A DNA stretch of 47,070 bases from a virus (taxonomy: Duplodnaviria; Caudoviricetes): positions 1 to 47,070 of the IMG/VR virus record IMGVR_UViG_3300011337_000086; one strand, given 5' to 3'. The translations under genes and the position numbers were made by a program. The notes beneath the pieces are model-generated. The model had not been told where the DNA came from. It did not search any database and saw nothing but the letters and a program-made list of their open reading frames with translations. Each line of letters opens with the position of its first letter. The first letter of the stretch is position 1. This document shows, piece by piece, positions 43,881-47,070 of the stretch.

Positions 43881-45222
43881 ACGCATCCTTGATGAAGAAG
43901 CAGTTAAAGAGAATGGTGGTCTTGTTACTGATAGCGAGACTATAGAACCTGTAACTGGAAATGAGGTTCCTCCCGGTGCCAGTCTTAAAAATGTTCGAGA
44001 TGACATCCCTACTCAACTTTCATCTGATGAATACGTTGTGCCAGCAGATGTGCTACGCTATTACGGTGTACGCTTCTTTGAAGACCTACGTAGTCAGGCC
44101 AAGCAGGGCATGATGGATATGGAGTCTGAGGGTCGCATTGGTGGTACGCCTGTTGATTCTCGTGGTGTACCTATGGAAGGTCAAGACGAAGAGCTTACCC
44201 CTGAAGAAGAACAAATGCTAATGCAAGCTATGTCAGACTCTGAGGGTATGTCAACTTCTGGTATGGCTGAGGGTGGTATGGCGTTTAACCGTGCTGACTT
44301 CACTATGCCAGAAACAAAGACTGAGGCTGTTGTATACTTTGACCCAGCAACAGGCAAAAAGCAAATCATTCAGTTCCTCAATGGTGTAGCAATGGGCCTA
44401 GGTATCCCTCCGGGTTTTGTTCCTTGGACACAGGAAATTGAAAATACCTATAATGAAACCAAGGCAGCAATCCCAGCGCCAAAGTCAAACAACAACAACC
44501 GCAATGACAATAACAATAATCAGCCTGAGCCAGCTAACTATGACGTTTGGTTAGATGAAAACTATGACGCTATTACTGCAGACCCTTATCAATTTGGTAT
44601 GAACTCGCTTAAGACTCCTGATGATAGTACAGGATTAGCAGGTGGCCTTATTGGTATTGTTACTGGAAAAGACAAAGACATCCAGAATGTTGCAAATGCT
44701 AATGCTTCTCTGAAACTTATGGAAGCTAAGGGTGAAATAAATACACCGCAGTATAAAGCCTTGGCAGAAGAAGTTAAGAAGTACGTTAGTAATCTCTCTC
44801 CCATAGAAAAAGGTTTAATCTTTACTAAAGTTGCAGCTACGGGTAACGCACTGGTTAATAGCGTTCAAGATAGACAGAAAGAAAAAACCCCTGAGTCTGC
44901 ACCAGTACCTACAGCTAATCCACCTGCAGCAGCACCTTCTGGTGGTACTTCTGGTGGTACTTCTGGTGGTACTTCTGGTGGTACTTCTGGTGGTACTTCT
45001 GGTACAACTGATGAGCAACAAAAAGCTGCTTATACTGCACCTCGTCCACAGACTCTTGGGGTCACTCCACCTACACCCACACCTACGAGAACTGTAAACA
45101 CACCCTCAGGCCCACAAGAAGTTAGAGTGCAAGCAGGTTCTGAAAGATTTGCAGAAGGTGGACTTGTAACTAAACCAAAGAAGACCCGTGCTAAGACAAA
45201 AGGTCTGGCAGGAAAACAATAA
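43873..45222 (+). CDS. Head-region hypothetical protein
   Basis: 449 aa; 'DDIPTQLSSDEYVVPADV' domain, xAEGG motifs, low-complexity tail. Confidence 0.8.
   Translation: MDKRILDEEAVKENGGLVTDSETIEPVTGNEVPPGASLKNVRDDIPTQLSSDEYVVPADVLRYYGVRFFEDLRSQAKQGMMDMESEGRIGGTPVDSRGVPMEGQDEELTPEEEQMLMQAMSDSEGMSTSGMAEGGMAFNRADFTMPETKTEAVVYFDPATGKKQIIQFLNGVAMGLGIPPGFVPWTQEIENTYNETKAAIPAPKSNNNNRNDNNNNQPEPANYDVWLDENYDAITADPYQFGMNSLKTPDDSTGLAGGLIGIVTGKDKDIQNVANANASLKLMEAKGEINTPQYKALAEEVKKYVSNLSPIEKGLIFTKVAATGNALVNSVQDRQKEKTPESAPVPTANPPAAAPSGGTSGGTSGGTSGGTSGGTSGTTDEQQKAAYTAPRPQTLGVTPPTPTPTRTVNTPSGPQEVRVQAGSERFAEGGLVTKPKKTRAKTKGLAGKQ
44938..45003 (+). repeat. 12-bp tandem repeat (TCTGGTGGTACT) x5.5 encoding SGGT
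   Basis: Perfect repeats read directly. Confidence 0.95.
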
Positions 45223-45262
45223 GGCAACTCAGCTTCGGCTGACCCCACTATAAGGATAACAC

Positions 45263-46105
45263 ATGGCTATCACTAAAGTACTCGTAGACCACAATGCTTC
45301 TGGTCGTAAGAACCGTCAACGGATTGCTGATGCAGAGCAGGAACTCAATGACCTTATGCAGGGTAAGGAACCTGCAGAGGAGAAACCTGCAGAAACTGCA
45401 CCTACAGAAGTAGAACCTACAGACCCAGAAGAACGCTCGTTCAAAAAGCGTTATGGTGATCTTCGTCGGCATATGTCTGAAAAAGAAAAAGAGTGGGAGA
45501 AGAAGTTCGAGTCATTGAAAGCTCAACCAACTAATAACCCAATCCTTCCACCTAAGTCTGATGAAGACATTGCAGCATGGGCGCGTAAGTATCCTGATGT
45601 GGCATCCATTGTGGAGACTATTGCTGACAAGAAGGCTGCTGAGAAACTTTCGAAGTATGAACGTCAGTTTACTGAGTATGAACAACTAAGTGCTGAGACT
45701 ACCCGTAATAAAGCTCTCAATGCTATTCGTGAGAGTCATCCTGATTTTGATGATCTTCGTAAGTCAGATACTTTCCATGACTGGGCAGATGAACAACCAA
45801 AGTGGGTACAGGATGTTCTTTATGAGAATGAAGAAGATGCCCGTGCTGTGATTCGTGTCATTGATCTGTATAAAGTTGATAAGGGTCTTAACCCTGCTGC
45901 CAAGAAAGCCAGTGCTAAGGAAGCTGCATCTTCTGTAGTTACAAAGAGCAAGGCTAGTGTTGACCTTGATGGTGGTAGTGAGACTATTCGTGAGTCTGAT
46001 GTTGCTAAGATGAATATGGACACTTTTGCTAAAATGGAAAAGCGTATTCAGGCTGCAATGCAAAATGGTACTTTTGTTTACGATATGAGTGGTGGTGCAA
46101 GATAG
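45263..46105 (+). CDS. Capsid scaffolding protein
   Basis: Charged helical protein with 'FKKRYGDLRRH' and 'HPDF', immediately before capsid. Confidence 0.75.
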   Translation: MAITKVLVDHNASGRKNRQRIADAEQELNDLMQGKEPAEEKPAETAPTEVEPTDPEERSFKKRYGDLRRHMSEKEKEWEKKFESLKAQPTNNPILPPKSDEDIAAWARKYPDVASIVETIADKKAAEKLSKYERQFTEYEQLSAETTRNKALNAIRESHPDFDDLRKSDTFHDWADEQPKWVQDVLYENEEDARAVIRVIDLYKVDKGLNPAAKKASAKEAASSVVTKSKASVDLDGGSETIRESDVAKMNMDTFAKMEKRIQAAMQNGTFVYDMSGGAR

Positions 46106-46107
46106 TA

Positions 46108-46137
46108 CTTGACATCTAAGGTAAACTTAGTATAACT
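46108..46137 (+). promoter_or_regulatory. Capsid promoter
   Basis: CTTGAC-N17-TATAACT. Confidence 0.75.
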
Positions 46138-46139
46138 AG

Positions 46140-46300
46140 GGCAAGTAGCGTAGGACTCTGATTAAGACTACCCAATGCTACTTGCCTATCTAAAGTCTAA
46201 ACTATAAATAAGACTTACCTGAAAAGTACAGGCCCGTCTCTCAAAGGTCGATCAACCTAAAGAGAAGATGCACCCTAGGAAAGACTCAGCCTCTTATAGC
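46140..46300 (+). ncRNA. Candidate structured 5' leader of capsid mRNA
   Basis: 10-bp stem GGCAAGTAGC/GCTACTTGCC, then CCTG/CAGG, TCTCT/AGAGA and AGGT/ACCT stems. Confidence 0.4.
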
Positions 46301-46346
46301 TCTGTTTAGCTTCTTATCAAAGCCAAATATCATAGGAGTATTTCTC

Positions 46347-47070
46347 ATGGCTTTCCAATCTGCTGCTGGTTATGGCAACCTGCCAAATGGTAACTTCTCT
46401 TCGGTTATCTATTCCAAAAAAGTCCAACTTGCTTTCCGTAAAGCAACCATCGTTGGCGACATTACCAATTCGGACTACTTCGGTGAAATCGCTGCGCAGG
46501 GTGACACTGTTCGTATCATCAAAGAACCAGAAATCTCGGTGTCTTCGTATGCTCGTGGTACTCAGGTACAAGCACAAGACCTGCAGGATGCTGACTTCTC
46601 GCTGGTGATCGACAAAGCTAACTACTTTGCATTCAAGATCGACGACATTGAAGAAGCTCACTCGCACGTTAACTTCATGGACTTGGCTACCAACCGTGCG
46701 GCTTACCGCTTGGCTGACCAGCATGACCAAGAAGTTCTGGGCTACCTGTCGGGCTACAAGCAGTCGGCTCTGAACACCAACGCAAGCGCCGTTAATGACG
46801 TTGTGAATGGTACGAAGGCTGTTACGACCGCTGGTTCTGACGAACTGTTGACTTCGATGAAGCTCCGCAAGGACAGCTTCGGTAACATCACGACTGGCTC
46901 GAAAGCCGATCACTCGATTCCTGTGGCTGCTCGTCTGCCCGGTGCTACTGCTCTGCCTACTGAGTACGTGTCGCCTGTCATGCTGATCAACCGTATGGGC
47001 CGTCTGTTGGATCAACAGAATGTCGATAAGGCTGGCCGTTGGGTTGTGATTGACCCCGTGCTGATGGAAG
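46347..47070 (+). CDS. Major capsid protein (3'-truncated; absent from ORF track)
   Basis: Manually translated MAFQSAAGYGNLPNGNFSSVIYSKKVQLAFRK...GDTVRIIKEP...; AGGAG RBS, biased codon usage, follows scaffold. Confidence 0.88.
   Translation, partial: MAFQSAAGYGNLPNGNFSSVIYSKKVQLAFRKATIVGDITNSDYFGEIAAQGDTVRIIKEPEISVSSYARGTQVQAQDLQDADFSLVIDKANYFAFKIDDIEEAHSHVNFMDLATNRAAYRLADQHDQEVLGYLSGYKQSALNTNASAVNDVVNGTKAVTTAGSDELLTSMKLRKDSFGNITTGSKADHSIPVAARLPGATALPTEYVSPVMLINRMGRLLDQQNVDKAGRWVVIDPVLME

Noticed and set aside
44815-45097. STTR and VVLL repeat ORFs
   Set aside because: Alternate-frame readings of the 12-bp SGGT repeat
46317-47015. 232-aa minus-strand ORF
   Set aside because: Antisense shadow of the codon-biased major capsid gene

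Overview
The window is most of a tailed dsDNA bacteriophage genome (podovirus-like; no phage RNA polymerase seen, host sigma70-type promoters). It has two oppositely oriented gene arms. The minus-strand arm (32929 down to 6140) carries early, accessory and replication genes: GP88-like, hexapeptide-repeat, SleB hydrolase, C5 methyltransferase, tRNA-Arg, rIIA/rIIB, tyrosine recombinase, RNA ligase, ThyX, primase-helicase, PolA, SSB, nucleases, MazG-like, DUF1127, class II RNR, glutaredoxin and PhoH. The plus-strand arm (34375 to the window end, inferred to continue into 1-6080) carries lysis genes, a block of small basic proteins, terminase, portal, scaffold, major capsid and internal virion proteins. 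The arms converge at a bidirectional terminator (~6100) and diverge from a 1.4 kb non-coding region (32930-34374) that probably holds the genome ends or origin. An alphaproteobacterial host is inferred from DUF1127, NrdJ and CTTGAC-type promoters. The most striking observation is that several free-standing HNH endonuclease genes end in a duplicated, apparently displaced copy of the 3' end of the gene just upstream of them. Also notable: structured-RNA candidates, related repeat sites shared between the recombinase upstream region and the terminal region, and near-total CCWGG avoidance. All functional calls come from motif recognition by eye; no database searches were run.
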